IMG/VR virus record: IMGVR_UViG_3300010399_000035
Location: 1 to 64,000 of that record
Strand: one strand, 5' to 3'
Length of the DNA stretch: 64,000 bases
DNA from: a virus
Shown here: in pieces, positions 47,421 to 58,272 of the stretch
Numbering within the stretch: position 1 is the first letter of the stretch
How the letters are laid out: each line of letters opens with the position of its first letter
Program-made: the position numbers and the translations under genes
The notes under the pieces: generated by a model
Told to the model about the DNA's origin: nothing
Databases searched by the model: none
The model's input: only the letters and a program-made list of their open reading frames with translations

Positions 47421-48800
47421 TCAATCCACCGTCGCCACCAAATCCCCATCGAGTTCAGGGAATACGTGCTCCCGACTGGTTAGGTTACTTGTGTCTTTGT
47501 ACGCACACAGCCGCAGATACTCACAGGGGCGGTTCCACATCTGGCACGCGCCTGAGTTGCGGTAAGTATGGTCTGGGTTGTTAGCCCAACGGTATAGATG
47601 GGCCATCATTCGCTGAAGGTCTCTATTGGCCCACTCGTCCAGTTCGTCGGGCGTAACGGACACGTTGTAGCGTACGAAGTATTCTTCTGGACGAGACTGG
47701 ACATCTGCCGTAATACGATCGCAGAAGTCATCTAAGGATTCCTTCACCTTCTGCCTTAAGAGGGGCCGCTTCACGATGTTGTATAGCACTCCGCGTGGAG
47801 TTTCGCCGTAGGTCTGTTTCATGGCCCACAGGTAGAGCATGACTTGTAGCTCGAAGTTGAGGCGATCGGACAGAGACTGTTCGTCAATGTAGGACTTGGT
47901 CTTGGTTTCGAAGAGCCACAAATCCCCGGTTGGCGAAGTGCTGGTAGGTATGGAACGGAACACACCATCGAACTTGCCACGAACTGGGAACTGGACGGTG
48001 TTCGTTGGGGCGTTGAACGGATAGCCGAAGCCGGGGTCTCCTGGTTGGAGTTGGTGGGTATATTGAACGCGGAAGGTGCGCTCTAGGTCTACCCAGTTCA
48101 GTTCGCGAAAGTCCGTCTCCCAGTGGCGGAAGTACATCCGCAGCATAACCTTCGCCAAGGAACAGTTTACTTCAAGGGCGATGAGTTCCGTGGGGGAGGC
48201 TGTACTTTGGAGTAGTGTAGTTCGGTCCGTCTGGTAGATCTGGATGATGGCATCTTCCACGAACGAGTCCATGTTCGTGATGAAGAACTCTGGAACGTAT
48301 TCGCTTCCTTGTTCCGCCTTCGCTAGACCATAGACGTTGTCTAGTGCACGGTGGAACACATCCCCGAAGGCTAAGGCTCCGGACTTGCTTGGGCTGGAAA
48401 GCCCCTGCTTCATTTTGATTGCCGCTTTTTCTGGACAGAGTGCCACGAGGGCGAGTAGTCCTTGCGTGACGCCATCGCGGGTCAGTTGCCAGAAGTCGGT
48501 GGGTGGTTGGGTATCTATGGGCGGCGCAGTTGGGATGGTAGAAGAGACTGGTACGAACGATTGCATCCGCTCCAGAATAGCAAGCTCTTCTTCGCAGCTA
48601 AGCGGTCCGCCGAAGAACTCCGCCTGGCCAGCCGCCACTATAGGGTCTGGCGTGCCAACTGTAGCGGCCACGAGGTCCATGGCTTCCTTGGCGGGGAGAC
48701 CGTCCAGGTTGGGAGCCCCACAAGGCAGCAAGGAATCCGCTAGGGCTTCGTTCTCCTCGATTATGGTTGGTTGGGTTGAGCGGACTTTAACTTTAGCCAT
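47421..48800 (-). CDS. RecB/Cas4-like PD-(D/E)xK exonuclease
   Basis: RGKFDG, ETKT, QVMLY; one N-terminal plus three C-terminal Cys. Confidence 0.8.
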   Translation of the reverse strand: MAKVKVRSTQPTIIEENEALADSLLPCGAPNLDGLPAKEAMDLVAATVGTPDPIVAAGQAEFFGGPLSCEEELAILERMQSFVPVSSTIPTAPPIDTQPPTDFWQLTRDGVTQGLLALVALCPEKAAIKMKQGLSSPSKSGALAFGDVFHRALDNVYGLAKAEQGSEYVPEFFITNMDSFVEDAIIQIYQTDRTTLLQSTASPTELIALEVNCSLAKVMLRMYFRHWETDFRELNWVDLERTFRVQYTHQLQPGDPGFGYPFNAPTNTVQFPVRGKFDGVFRSIPTSTSPTGDLWLFETKTKSYIDEQSLSDRLNFELQVMLYLWAMKQTYGETPRGVLYNIVKRPLLRQKVKESLDDFCDRITADVQSRPEEYFVRYNVSVTPDELDEWANRDLQRMMAHLYRWANNPDHTYRNSGACQMWNRPCEYLRLCAYKDTSNLTSREHVFPELDGDLVATVD

Positions 48801-49050
48801 TGGATTGCTTCTTCACTAACTGTTCAATTCGCGCATTATCTTCTTCAGTAATCGGATTCCACCACAGGATCATGCCTGGATCTTCACCATTCAGGAACTG
48901 CAGCACATCTTTAATGGCTCGTTCGTACCCGTTGTCAAAGCCCTGCTTCATACAAGTACCGGGATGCCCGCTATTGTAGTGTTTCAGGATAACCTGTTCG
49001 ACTTCGCGGAGCACCTCCCGTAACTTAGCGCGTACTTCAGCATTGGTCAT
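48793..49050 (-). CDS. Hypothetical protein
   Basis: Overlapping operon organisation. Confidence 0.5.
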   Translation of the reverse strand: MTNAEVRAKLREVLREVEQVILKHYNSGHPGTCMKQGFDNGYERAIKDVLQFLNGEDPGMILWWNPITEEDNARIEQLVKKQSNG

Positions 49051-50488
49051 GGCGTTTCGATTCGTTTCCTAGAGATCACCTTATACTGATCGGGGCGGAG
49101 CACCATACGGTACCCCTTCATCACGACTTCAACGGAGCCGTTCGCCAATAGCTGCTTTACTTGATACTCCGACCCCTTCCAGAAAAGCTGCTCGTTCCGC
49201 CGAACATTGCAGCGGAGTTGTATACGAGTCGGAACTCTACGAAGAATTGGATTGTTCGGTGCCAAGGTAATTATCCCTCTTTCAGCGGCCTTTGAGGGGC
49301 CGTTCAGAAAATAGATTGCGGGTTATTTTGCTACTTGTTGGCGCAGTGCGACGTGTGTAGAAACTTTCTACGCAAGCGAGCAGTTGCTTCGGCTTGAGTA
49401 CGGGCACATTGCGCCTCGGGCACCACGTTCGCCAAGGCTTCGGTGGATTGCTTGGGTTGATCCAATTGCCAAGCAGCTATAACCATAGCTACGGCTTGGT
49501 CGCGGGTGTAGCGAAGCGTTTGTAGGGCGGTGAGTATAAGTTGTATATCTTCCGCCGTGTAGAGCGGTGCGGTATGTCGGGCGAGTTTAATCGCTGTGCG
49601 TGAGAGGTTCATTGTTGATACCATGATTGGTAGCGGAGAGATCTTCAGTTAGCTTGTCGCCTGGGACAGGTTCGTAGCGGATAGGTTCGTTATCCATGTC
49701 GTGTAGCGGTATAACTGCGCGGCTCAGCGGAGTCGTTGTTGGCGGATAGGCTAATAACGATGGTGGCATCCGAACTGGTTGAACTTTGTACTTCGGATAG
49801 CGTACCTTCACTCCAGTCTGCAAGTTCCACGTTTCGAAGTATTCGCGGTATTCCAGAATCACGTGTACGTTGTCCAACCACGGACACAGCACGACTTCAA
49901 TCGGGCGAAGGTAGGCGACTGGTTTGCTGGGAGCAGTCCGTTCTTCTAGGAGCGATAGCAGATGGTGGTTCATTCGAACGGAGAGTGGAATGCTGTCGGC
50001 TATATGGCGAAGCTCTTCCATTCGAGTTTGGAGATCCTCGAAGGTGGTCGGTTTGGTGGGTGCGGAAGCGGTGGTGGCATTCAACGCGAACAAGCCTGAA
50101 GGCGATTCGTGCTTTGGCCGTTGGCCGACGTACTCAGCGAACTCGGCTGGTATTGGATTAGTTGGGTGGTTTGATTCAGAGTTCATTGTTAGTAGCAAAC
50201 CTTTCCATTCGTTCTATCTCTTCCATCGTCTGCGCGATGGGGCCGCAGAAACCTAGGTAATGGTCCGGGGCATCAGTATGCACCATGACCACGATACCTG
50301 CCTGGGCAAGGTCTATCAAAGTTTCTCGCCATTCTTCTGGGCAGGATACCCAGGCGTTCAGCGAGACCACGATCATGCCTTCGGGTGGTGGGTCGCTGGG
50401 GCGGGTGGGTATCAGTTGCCGTAGCTTGCCCATAGTGAGCAGGCCGATTTCGCGGGTGTGGTCTGGGTCGAAGAAGGGCATTATGTAG

Positions 50489-51187
50489 TTACTGAGAACC
50501 TTTAGGTAGTGCAGCTGGCGGCATTGGTCCAGGGGCCATCGCTTCGCGGAGGTCTTCTATATATTGCTGGGTAGCGGCGTCCTTATCCAATTGGCGGACC
50601 ACCCACGATGGGTGCCGCACGGCGCGTAGCCGGAACGTATGGCCGGAACGCTGTGCGATGTTGGGTGCGTAGTCTAGCGGAACTTTGCCGGTTACAATGA
50701 TGATTCGCGGTTGGAGTAGGCGAACGAGTTCGGTTAAGCGGGGCGCGCAGGCCTCTATTTCATTATGGTCCGGAGCACGGTTCGCTGGATGGCTGGGGCG
50801 GAGTGCCCATGGGCGGCAAGCCAGTAAGTTGGTCAGGGTATAGGGGGCGGTGTTGCCAGTGGCAGCGATACACTCCCGCAGAAGCTGCCCTGCAGGGCCG
50901 ACGAAGGGCCGTCCAAGGACGTTCTCCCCAACTCCGGGCCCTTCGCCGATAAACATGAATGGGGGCTTTAAATCGGCGTGTACACCATATACGGGCGTGG
51001 TGGGGGCGGACGTCGTCGCTGTAGTATTCGGTGGCAGTTCGGCTAGCGGTGGCTGAGCCGGGACCACGATTTCGAACAGCACATGATGCTTCGCGGAGAC
51101 TCCTAGTGGGCAGCGTTGGCAGGTAGACCACTCATTTACGAGCGGTTCAAGGATTGGGAGGGAGCGGAGGATGGTGTCGTTAGACAT
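50489..51187 (-). CDS. Uracil-DNA glycosylase family 4-like
   Basis: CQRCPL, IGEGPG..E...GRPFVGPAG, CRP..NRAP, HPS. Confidence 0.88.
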   Translation of the reverse strand: MSNDTILRSLPILEPLVNEWSTCQRCPLGVSAKHHVLFEIVVPAQPPLAELPPNTTATTSAPTTPVYGVHADLKPPFMFIGEGPGVGENVLGRPFVGPAGQLLRECIAATGNTAPYTLTNLLACRPWALRPSHPANRAPDHNEIEACAPRLTELVRLLQPRIIIVTGKVPLDYAPNIAQRSGHTFRLRAVRHPSWVVRQLDKDAATQQYIEDLREAMAPGPMPPAALPKGSQ

Positions 51188-51531
51188 TAGATTGGTTCGT
51201 AGGACCGGGCGAATTCGTCGGGAGTTAAGACTCCGAAGTGCTTACTTTCGACATGTTGAACTACCCAGTGATCCGGTGGGATTTCTAGTAGGCTTGTTTC
51301 CAGCTGAATCACAAATAAACCATTCTTATGGGCGAACACTGCGCCAAATGTCTCTGGAGCTCTATAAAATCGGTCGCGGAACCATGTCGGCCATTCCAGG
51401 TGAGCGTTAGCCTCGTACTTCATCTGGAAGGCTTCAATTAAGATTGGGCGGTGGCGGTATCGTTTAACCATCAGCTGGGTCCTCTCCACGATGATAGTTG
51501 TCTGCGAGTAGCTGGCGGCGAAGGAACTCAC
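51187..51531 (-). CDS. Conserved phage protein (RHRPILIEA...FARSYE type)
   Basis: Pattern recalled from a widespread small phage family. Confidence 0.55.
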   Translation of the reverse strand: MSSFAASYSQTTIIVERTQLMVKRYRHRPILIEAFQMKYEANAHLEWPTWFRDRFYRAPETFGAVFAHKNGLFVIQLETSLLEIPPDHWVVQHVESKHFGVLTPDEFARSYEPI

Positions 51532-51690
51532 CGGCTCCTTCTAAGTATCGTGGATGCGGATATCCTACTACGAACTCAGGCAGTCCAAGCGCCGCACAGC
51601 AGCGTTCCTCCGCGAAGTGCTGTAGGCGAAGAAGCTCGTCCAGAGAAGGGGCATCCACTTTGAGTGGAATGAACTGGATTGAAGTAGCCA

Positions 51691-51921
51691 TTAAGATTGC
51701 TTCGGGAGTACCAATGGCACGTTGCTCTCGCACCCTGGCGTCGGACAGCCGATGTACCGCTTCAGGACCTTGTCGTGATGGTCCTTCACTTCCACTACGC
51801 GGCTTGTATCAGTAGGTTCGAGTTCGAACTGCGTGCCGCACTGGGGACAGGTACCGGTCGCGCCGACAAGGGGCGAGACAGATTTGTGCTGGGAGATCTT
51901 GCCTGGCTTGGTGATTTTCAT
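51691..51921 (-). CDS. Zn-ribbon protein
   Basis: CPQCG...CPTPGC. Confidence 0.55.
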   Translation of the reverse strand: MKITKPGKISQHKSVSPLVGATGTCPQCGTQFELEPTDTSRVVEVKDHHDKVLKRYIGCPTPGCESNVPLVLPKQS

Positions 51922-51930
51922 TGTGGTTTT

Positions 51931-51959
51931 GGGCGCTCCTCTGGGAGAGATGTCTCCGC
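51931..51959 (-). repeat. Dispersed motif copy (intergenic)
   Basis: rc GCGGAGACATCTCTCCCAGAGGAGCGCCC. Confidence 0.9.
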
Positions 51960-51982
51960 GAATAGTAAATAGCTAATGATAG

Positions 51983-52531
51983 TTAGGTATCGGTAGATCG
52001 GGCGGGCTTCGGTTTAGTCCTGTCAAGTAGGTCCACTACATACTTCAAGCGGAGAGAGTTGCGTTCAATGTCGTCCAAGATCTCATGAATGGGGCGCAAG
52101 TTTACGTATACAGCGAGCGCCTCCTTGGTCAGTTTAGCTTCCGTCACCATCCAGTAGTTTGGGCGGGTGATGGCGTCGATGCCGGATAGTTTCTTCTTGA
52201 GCTCCGCGAAGGCGTTGAAGTAGTCGGTGAGTTCGGTGCGGAGTTGCTGCAGTCTGTCGTGCAACTGTTCCTGCTCCGCCAGTAGTAGTGCCCGTTGGAG
52301 GATCGTGAGCGACTGTGGTTCGAGGTTATCTGGATTGGTGATGGTGCTCTGCAGGAATTCGTACATTGCAGAGTCGTAGGCAAGTTGAGCCATTTCATCC
52401 GCTTCGTAGTACTCTTGACACGCTCCAGGATAGGATTGGAACTCCATCATACACTTCTGAAGCCGTTGAGCAGCTGCAATACGCTGTTCGTTCAGGTCGA
52501 TTAAAGACTCAGGGATTATGGGTTCGGACAT
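51983..52531 (-). CDS. Coiled-coil hypothetical protein
   Basis: Helical heptad pattern; fits operon. Confidence 0.5.
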   Translation of the reverse strand: MSEPIIPESLIDLNEQRIAAAQRLQKCMMEFQSYPGACQEYYEADEMAQLAYDSAMYEFLQSTITNPDNLEPQSLTILQRALLLAEQEQLHDRLQQLRTELTDYFNAFAELKKKLSGIDAITRPNYWMVTEAKLTKEALAVYVNLRPIHEILDDIERNSLRLKYVVDLLDRTKPKPARSTDT

Positions 52532-52549
52532 GGGCTTGGTTCGGTTGGA

Positions 52550-53092
52550 CTAATACTTCTTGCCTCCGTCAAGCACTCTATTGGCTGGCTTATGGTCCTC
52601 GCGGACGGAGTTGTAGGCCAACTTCTCCGCCATGATTTCCGGTAGGTCCGGGGCATATTCGCCCGCCATATCATAGATGCGAATCAAGCAATCGGCAAGT
52701 TCGGTGGCGAACATGGAGCGGTGGGGCAGCTTATCATCTTGGAGGCCTTTGCGATGGCCTTCCATGGCTTCGGCGAGTTCGCTCACCGTAAGCATGAGCA
52801 GTTCGCCAATGTTGCGCTGGAGGGGTTGATGGGTGTGTGGATCGTTCCACCAACCACAGGCAACCGCATTGCCGTGGCATTGGGCGACTAGGATTTGGGT
52901 GGCACCAGAGACCGCGACTGGATCTAGAGCGAAGGTGCCAGTGGAGGGATCATACGGCGCGGCGTCGAAGCGGTCGGTTTGGTACAGCGGTTGCGAGGCG
53001 TTCTCGGTTGTTTCGGACATTGTTGATTCCTTTAAATAGTGTTCGCCGAGGAGTTCCAGGTATGGATACTCCGATTCAAGTAGCTTTCTCAC
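52550..53092 (-). CDS. MazG-like NTP pyrophosphohydrolase
   Basis: SELAEAME, ELADCLIRIYD, KLAYN..R. Confidence 0.8.
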   Translation of the reverse strand: MRKLLESEYPYLELLGEHYLKESTMSETTENASQPLYQTDRFDAAPYDPSTGTFALDPVAVSGATQILVAQCHGNAVACGWWNDPHTHQPLQRNIGELLMLTVSELAEAMEGHRKGLQDDKLPHRSMFATELADCLIRIYDMAGEYAPDLPEIMAEKLAYNSVREDHKPANRVLDGGKKY

Positions 53093-53616
53093 TGTTGATT
53101 GAAGTGCCCCTTCAGGTACAGACCCATCCCCACACTGTCCGATATATGCTCGTCGAACTTCATGCCTAGCCGATGCTCAATACGTCGATCTACCACCTTC
53201 TTCGGCATGGTTCCCTTCCACTCGTTCACTGGAAGGAAAGAGTAGTACCCACACCTGCTCTGGGCCACTTGGGCCAGGCGACCTACCATCACGGCTAGCT
53301 TCACTAGGTCGCCTCGGGTGGCCGTGACCGCTCCACCGGACAGCATGAGCGCAGGGTATTCGATGTGCACGATAGTGACTTTGGACTCTTCGGTGCCAGG
53401 AAACTGGAGCGAGATCATTAGGTCGGTGAACTGAGATATGATGGAGTCACATCGCTCTTCCCAGGTGCCCCCATTCGTCCAAGTATTAGCATGGGCCTTG
53501 GCGGGGCGGAAGCAGTCCACGGTTACTGGCGGTACTAGGTCGGGCCACAATGGATTACTCCACTGGGCAACTCCGGTGCCGCCTACGCCTGGGTCAACGG
53601 TTAGCGTAAAGTACAT
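53089..53616 (-). CDS. RuvC-like Holliday junction resolvase
   Basis: TVDPG..GTG, HIEYP, EWKG, DSVGM. Confidence 0.75.
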   Translation of the reverse strand: MYFTLTVDPGVGGTGVAQWSNPLWPDLVPPVTVDCFRPAKAHANTWTNGGTWEERCDSIISQFTDLMISLQFPGTEESKVTIVHIEYPALMLSGGAVTATRGDLVKLAVMVGRLAQVAQSRCGYYSFLPVNEWKGTMPKKVVDRRIEHRLGMKFDEHISDSVGMGLYLKGHFNQQ

Positions 53617-53849
53617 TAGGTAAGTTGTTGGACCTCGGCAATCGCCAAATCAAATACGTCCATCAAGTCTACCAATTCATACTCTCTCAACATGAGAGTC
53701 ATCTGATCTCCGCTCCCATCTAGACACTTGAGACTGAAACCAATTAGCCCAGGAGTAGCGCTATCCACTGTCAGAGTGATGTAGTACTTTCCGTCTAGAT
53801 CAGATGTATATTGGTTTATTGTTCGAGTTGCCTGTAGTTCTTGGTTCAT
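53616..53849 (-). CDS. Hypothetical protein
   Basis: Overlapping operon organisation. Confidence 0.5.
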   Translation of the reverse strand: MNQELQATRTINQYTSDLDGKYYITLTVDSATPGLIGFSLKCLDGSGDQMTLMLREYELVDLMDVFDLAIAEVQQLT

Positions 53850-54181
53850 TTTGTTGGTTGGTTCCTCGGCAGCAACCGGCTATGCGCCTCTATCGAGGCA
53901 ATCTCATTAGCCTCGTTCACCTTCAGTAGAGGTTCGCAGAATTTGGCATCATAGGCGGCAATCCAGGCTTCTACGATAGCTATCACGAATGATTTGGTAA
54001 TGTGGCCGCTGGTTCGCTGGAAGCGGATGCAGGCTCGCGTTAGCACCGCTTGGAGGCGTGGGTTCAGCTTCCATAGTTCGAATGGTGGATCGTCGGTGTG
54101 GGCGTCGAATAGATATAGGCGGGCGAAGTCCAGGGCTTCGCCAAGGGTAAGTCGGGTGATGGGTTTGGTGATCGGATCCAT
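53846..54181 (-). CDS. Hypothetical protein
   Basis: ATGA overlap with next gene. Confidence 0.5.
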   Translation of the reverse strand: MDPITKPITRLTLGEALDFARLYLFDAHTDDPPFELWKLNPRLQAVLTRACIRFQRTSGHITKSFVIAIVEAWIAAYDAKFCEPLLKVNEANEIASIEAHSRLLPRNQPTK

Positions 54182-54237
54182 TAGCTTTGATGGAGACGGT
54201 TCTATGTGGTGGGGGCTCCGCTAGTTTATTGATTTTT

Positions 54238-54511
54238 GGGCCCATCTTCTGGGAGAGATACTCCGCTATCCGTTTGGGCGTGGGTATCGATGAAGTCTGC
54301 TATCTGATGTAGGAACCGGGCGCGTTCGCAGCGGAAGTGGCTGCCTGATGGGGTGGGTTCATCATCATAGATGGTGGTGAAGAGTAGCGCGTTCAGGACG
54401 CTTTCGGCGTCTAGTTCGACGTACTCATACGGTGGGTCTTGGTTGGGTCGTGGGATGGATAGTTTGGTTCGGTGCATAGTAGGTGCGGAGCTCCTCCCAG
54501 AAGATGGGGCC
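54238..54511. repeat. Two motif copies (54238-54266 -, 54485-54511 +)
   Basis: rc GCGGAGTATCTCTCCCAGAAGATGGGCCC; GCGGAGCTCCTCCCAGAAGATGGGGCC. Confidence 0.9.
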
Positions 54512-54796
54512 TTTGGTTTAGTCGTCATCGAATTGAGTGTCGGTTGGCGGCTGATTTCCCTCCAAAACCCACGCCAGGGCAACGGCAGGCCAGAACAAAA
54601 CCCAGCCAAGGAAGCAGCATCCAGCGGCTGCTGCGGCCAAGAGTTGAGTGGGGGCGGACCGCTGTCCGGCGAACAAGCGGAGGGAGAATAGGACGGAGAC
54701 AACGATACCGACTAAGATGTAGAGGAAGAATAGCATGGTTGTTAGTCTGATTCCTCTCCGCGAGCATAGGTCTCCGGAGATTTGTGTGCTGGGCAC

Positions 54797-55072
54797 TTAC
54801 ACTCGGAGGCGGTCTCTTCGCCGTCGAACGGCCAATAGTACCACTCCCCCAGCTTGATCGCAGCCTTCTTCCTCGCAGAGGTATTCGATAGGGAAGGGCG
54901 ACGTAAGCGGACCGGACCACTCTCCGTCTACAGCACCAAGCAGTATTTCTCCCGTGAGGCCGATTGAAGACACCATCGGGCCATCAGGTGTGCCGAATCC
55001 AGAGACGAACACTATTTCAGGTGTGCCGCCTTCTTCCTTCAACCAGTAGTAGCCGTCTTTAGTGGGTTTCAT
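54797..55072 (-). CDS. Hypothetical protein
   Basis: MKPTKDGYYW..EWSGPL pattern. Confidence 0.5.
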   Translation of the reverse strand: MKPTKDGYYWLKEEGGTPEIVFVSGFGTPDGPMVSSIGLTGEILLGAVDGEWSGPLTSPFPIEYLCEEEGCDQAGGVVLLAVRRRRDRLRV

Positions 55073-56655
55073 TGTTGACTGTTTAGTTGCCTCCTCCAGA
55101 AGTTTGCGTCAATTGCCGCCATGAATAGCTTTGCGTTCGTTACCTTGGCGTTGACGGCGGCTACGATATCTTCGTCGATGGTGCGTTCGGTGACGAGATC
55201 GATGTAGAGCAGCGGCGTGGTCTTGTGTGGGTGGTAGATCCGATCCTCGCTTTGGGCGTTCACTTCGCAGCTGTAGGAGCGACTGTAGTTGATGATGGTG
55301 TCTGCAGCGGATAGGTTCAGGCCCATCTTCACGAGGGTTACTTGGCACAGGAGCACGCGGTTGGGTGGAGAGTCGGAGGAGGCGAACCACTCCAGTATTC
55401 GGGTGCGCTCCTTGGTGGTGGTTGAGCCAATCAGGATATCGTTCGGTATATTGTTAGCATTCAATAGTTGGGCGACGTGCCGCAGTTCGCTGTTGAAGCG
55501 GAAGTAGACTACTACCGGTTGATTCGCCAGTTCGCTGGTTAACAGGCGTAGAAGTTCGTTGCGTTTGCCGGGGTAGAGTAGGTTGCCTTCGATGTCGCAC
55601 CCCCCAGCTAGGCGAGCCAACCAGAGTTGCTTCACAATCACGTGTTGCGTCTCGTGGCGGATGGTGAGCGGTGGACAGTTACCGACGATTGTATGGTTGG
55701 TGGATTCGGTGTCGAAGCCTTCTAAATCCAGTATGGCCGGAGGCCGGGGTTGGGCTGGGTTGGGTGGTTGGACGGTGGAATGGGTGCGGTGGGCGATATC
55801 GGTGACCAGAGCAGCGAATTCCTTCTCGATCATCCTATACTGCTTGAGTTGCTCTGGGGTGGGTGGTATGGTGTAAGTCTCCCGGACTTTATGGTTCGGT
55901 AGGTTCACGTCCTGGCGGCGGAGCACGAAGGAGCGGGTGTGGACGGCATCATGGATGGTTTGGCGGGTGTGGGGGAGGGGATCCCAACCGTCGCGGGAAT
56001 CTATACCATTGGCGGGGGTATAAAACTTAGCGCGGAAGTGGTAGTAGTTGTCGCAGCCTAGGAACGTACTGTGAAGGAACTTGAACTGTTGGAATAGGTC
56101 CAGGTCAGACTCGGGTGATGGTAAGCCGGATAGGATCATACGATGAGGGACGGTACGGAAACCAGCGCACATCGTGCGGGAGATCTGCGCTTTGGGGTTA
56201 CGGAAGCAAGTTGATTCGTCGGCGATCACGACCTTCCAGGACATCGCGGCAATGGTGGGGTCAGCACGTAAGGCTTCATAGTTCAGCAGCACCCAGCGGC
56301 GTTGGTACCCGTTAGTAATAGAAGGGCGAAAGGCCCACTGCATGCGGAAGCGCCGTTTTTCTGGAGAGAGTCCAGTCGATAGGATGAAGGTTTCTTGTTC
56401 TTCGGTGAGTTCGGTGCGCCAAGCGTTAAGTACAGTTAGGGGAGCTAAGACTAGTACGGGGACGGGAGTGGTGGCCGGGGTCGGATACCACTGCTGAACG
56501 GTACGTATACTCAAAATCGTTTTTCCTAACCGCAAATCGAGGAGGTACGCGGGGTGGCGAATACTGTTAGTGGTCAGCCACCGCAACGCGTCCTGCTGGT
56601 GGAGCATGAGGGTACGTTTGGGTTTGGTGGTTGGGGTGGAGTGGGTGGTGGTCAT
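55069..56655 (-). CDS. SNF2-like SF2 helicase
   Basis: HQ, LGKT, ADES, LSGLP, GLNL, QSEDRI. Confidence 0.85.
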   Translation of the reverse strand: MTTTHSTPTTKPKRTLMLHQQDALRWLTTNSIRHPAYLLDLRLGKTILSIRTVQQWYPTPATTPVPVLVLAPLTVLNAWRTELTEEQETFILSTGLSPEKRRFRMQWAFRPSITNGYQRRWVLLNYEALRADPTIAAMSWKVVIADESTCFRNPKAQISRTMCAGFRTVPHRMILSGLPSPESDLDLFQQFKFLHSTFLGCDNYYHFRAKFYTPANGIDSRDGWDPLPHTRQTIHDAVHTRSFVLRRQDVNLPNHKVRETYTIPPTPEQLKQYRMIEKEFAALVTDIAHRTHSTVQPPNPAQPRPPAILDLEGFDTESTNHTIVGNCPPLTIRHETQHVIVKQLWLARLAGGCDIEGNLLYPGKRNELLRLLTSELANQPVVVYFRFNSELRHVAQLLNANNIPNDILIGSTTTKERTRILEWFASSDSPPNRVLLCQVTLVKMGLNLSAADTIINYSRSYSCEVNAQSEDRIYHPHKTTPLLYIDLVTERTIDEDIVAAVNAKVTNAKLFMAAIDANFWRRQLNSQQ

Positions 56656-56719
56656 GCGTTCAGGATATCCCAACCGAATGGATCGTACAAGTCGTAGCCA
56701 TCCCAGCCTTCCGTGTCGG

Positions 56720-56748
56720 GCGGAGAGTTCTCTCCAGAAGACGCGCCC
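56720..56748 (+). repeat. Dispersed motif copy
   Basis: GCGGAGAGTTCTCTCCAGAAGACGCGCCC. Confidence 0.8.
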
Positions 56749-56821
56749 GAATGCTTGGCCCAAACTGCGAGTAGGATGCCGGCGAAGAGCAGAGAGGCAA
56801 GCGCGATTAGGAGTGATCGGT

Positions 56822-57181
56822 TCATGACTTCGCTTTGGTTGGTGGTGGTTCGGTAGTGCTATTTAGCTTAGAGCGGAACTTCGAATCCACCTTGTTCAAG
56901 TCGAGCACTTGGTTCCCTGGCTTCGAGAGTTCATTGATTAGGATGCGGGCTAGCTTATGGCCTGTCTCTATGGCGGGAACAGAGATAAGCGGAATCGGGC
57001 GCTCATCGTCGGTTAGCTTGCAGTAAAGGATTGGGGTTTTGGTGTTGGTAGTGTGGGCCGTCCATAGCTTCGATACGTGGGCGAAGTTAATGGTAGTGTG
57101 TAGGGTGGTGATCACCCATTTCTGGGTGAGCTCCATTGGCATGGGTGCTATCGGTGGTTGGGGTTGGGGGTGGAGGGCCAT
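56822..57181 (-). CDS. Hypothetical protein
   Basis: ORF in early region. Confidence 0.45.
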   Translation of the reverse strand: MALHPQPQPPIAPMPMELTQKWVITTLHTTINFAHVSKLWTAHTTNTKTPILYCKLTDDERPIPLISVPAIETGHKLARILINELSKPGNQVLDLNKVDSKFRSKLNSTTEPPPTKAKS

Positions 57182-57372
57182 TAGAGTTTGCTACTGAAGT
57201 AGTTATCGCGTTGGAGTGCCTTGGCGGTTCGCTTGCGGCGGAGCGTGTTGCGAAGCCGGGGCACGAAGAACGGTACATGGGAGCCCATACCGACGCGGTA
57301 TGATAGGTAAAGGATTGTTAGTGCGAGCGGCGGGAGGGTGTAGTGGATTAGGGTGTTCATTGTAGTTTGGGT

Positions 57373-57396
57373 GGTATTCTGGGAGAGATGCTCCGC
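57373..57396 (-). repeat. Dispersed motif copy overlapping a hairpin (57390-57426)
   Basis: rc GCGGAGCATCTCTCCCAGAATACC. Confidence 0.85.
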
Positions 57397-57444
57397 TCTC
57401 GGTTTGGGTGGCGGCGAGAGCGGAGCTAGCTGTGGGTTGGTTAG

Positions 57445-58272
57445 TTAGTTAAAAGAAAGGTGGATTTCCTGTTGGTCGGCGGCGACTTGAGTGTAGTCCG
57501 AAACCAGACTACGGAGTTTTTTCAGCGTGTTAAATTGCACCGCTGGGCTGAAGTTCTTCGCCACTTCCGTGAATGCATTGTAAGCGGAGAAGAGGGTCCT
57601 TGGTTCGAACTCGGGGTGGGGCGGGTTGGTCCACAGATGGTATACGTCCTCAAGGTGCCGCCACTTGAAGATTCCCCGCTCCCCAGCCTTCATGATGGCA
57701 TAGGAGGCGTCGCGGTCGTCCATCGGGACTTGCTGCATGCCAACTGCCAGCAGTTGCACGGAGTCCAGTTCTTGGAGGTAGTTTTCCACGCCCTCGGCTA
57801 CGGTCTCTTCCAGGTAAAGGCGGGATAGGTCCTCGGGGCTGAGTTCGGGGGTTTTGGATTGGGTGTAGGTATTCGGTTTGAGATGCCGATGCTTTAGCAC
57901 GAAATCTCCGGAGAACATCCCATTGGCGCAGACAGCAATGCGCGCACCCACCGCGAAGGAGATCGCGTAGCGACCCAAGTTATCATGGCGGACGCCGAGG
58001 GAGAACGTGGCGGGGGAGCCGGGAATGTTTAGGTGGAAGTCGGTGTTAGAGGTATCCAAGTCGATCGCGCCGAAGAGGGCGCTTCCGTTGGGGTTGGTGT
58101 ACCAACCTTCAGACTGGATAGAAAGGCCAACTTTGGTGCAGTAGTTGACGATGGTGTCCGCCAGGACGCCATGGTTCACGCCTTCCCAGAGGCGACCTAC
58201 GTCGGTTCGCGGTGGCACTGGCACTTCGTGGAGTTGGGCTCGGGTCTGGGCGATGCCTGAGTTGTACAGCAT
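57445..58272 (-). CDS. DUF932-like protein
   Basis: GARIAVCANGM, KHRH, AYNAFTE; AAAGGAG RBS. Confidence 0.7.
   Translation of the reverse strand: MLYNSGIAQTRAQLHEVPVPPRTDVGRLWEGVNHGVLADTIVNYCTKVGLSIQSEGWYTNPNGSALFGAIDLDTSNTDFHLNIPGSPATFSLGVRHDNLGRYAISFAVGARIAVCANGMFSGDFVLKHRHLKPNTYTQSKTPELSPEDLSRLYLEETVAEGVENYLQELDSVQLLAVGMQQVPMDDRDASYAIMKAGERGIFKWRHLEDVYHLWTNPPHPEFEPRTLFSAYNAFTEVAKNFSPAVQFNTLKKLRSLVSDYTQVAADQQEIHLSFN

Noticed and set aside
38044-53092. 2-aminoadenine (Z) genome cluster
   Set aside because: HD, MazG and PolA are present but no PurZ/adenylosuccinate synthetase homolog is visible
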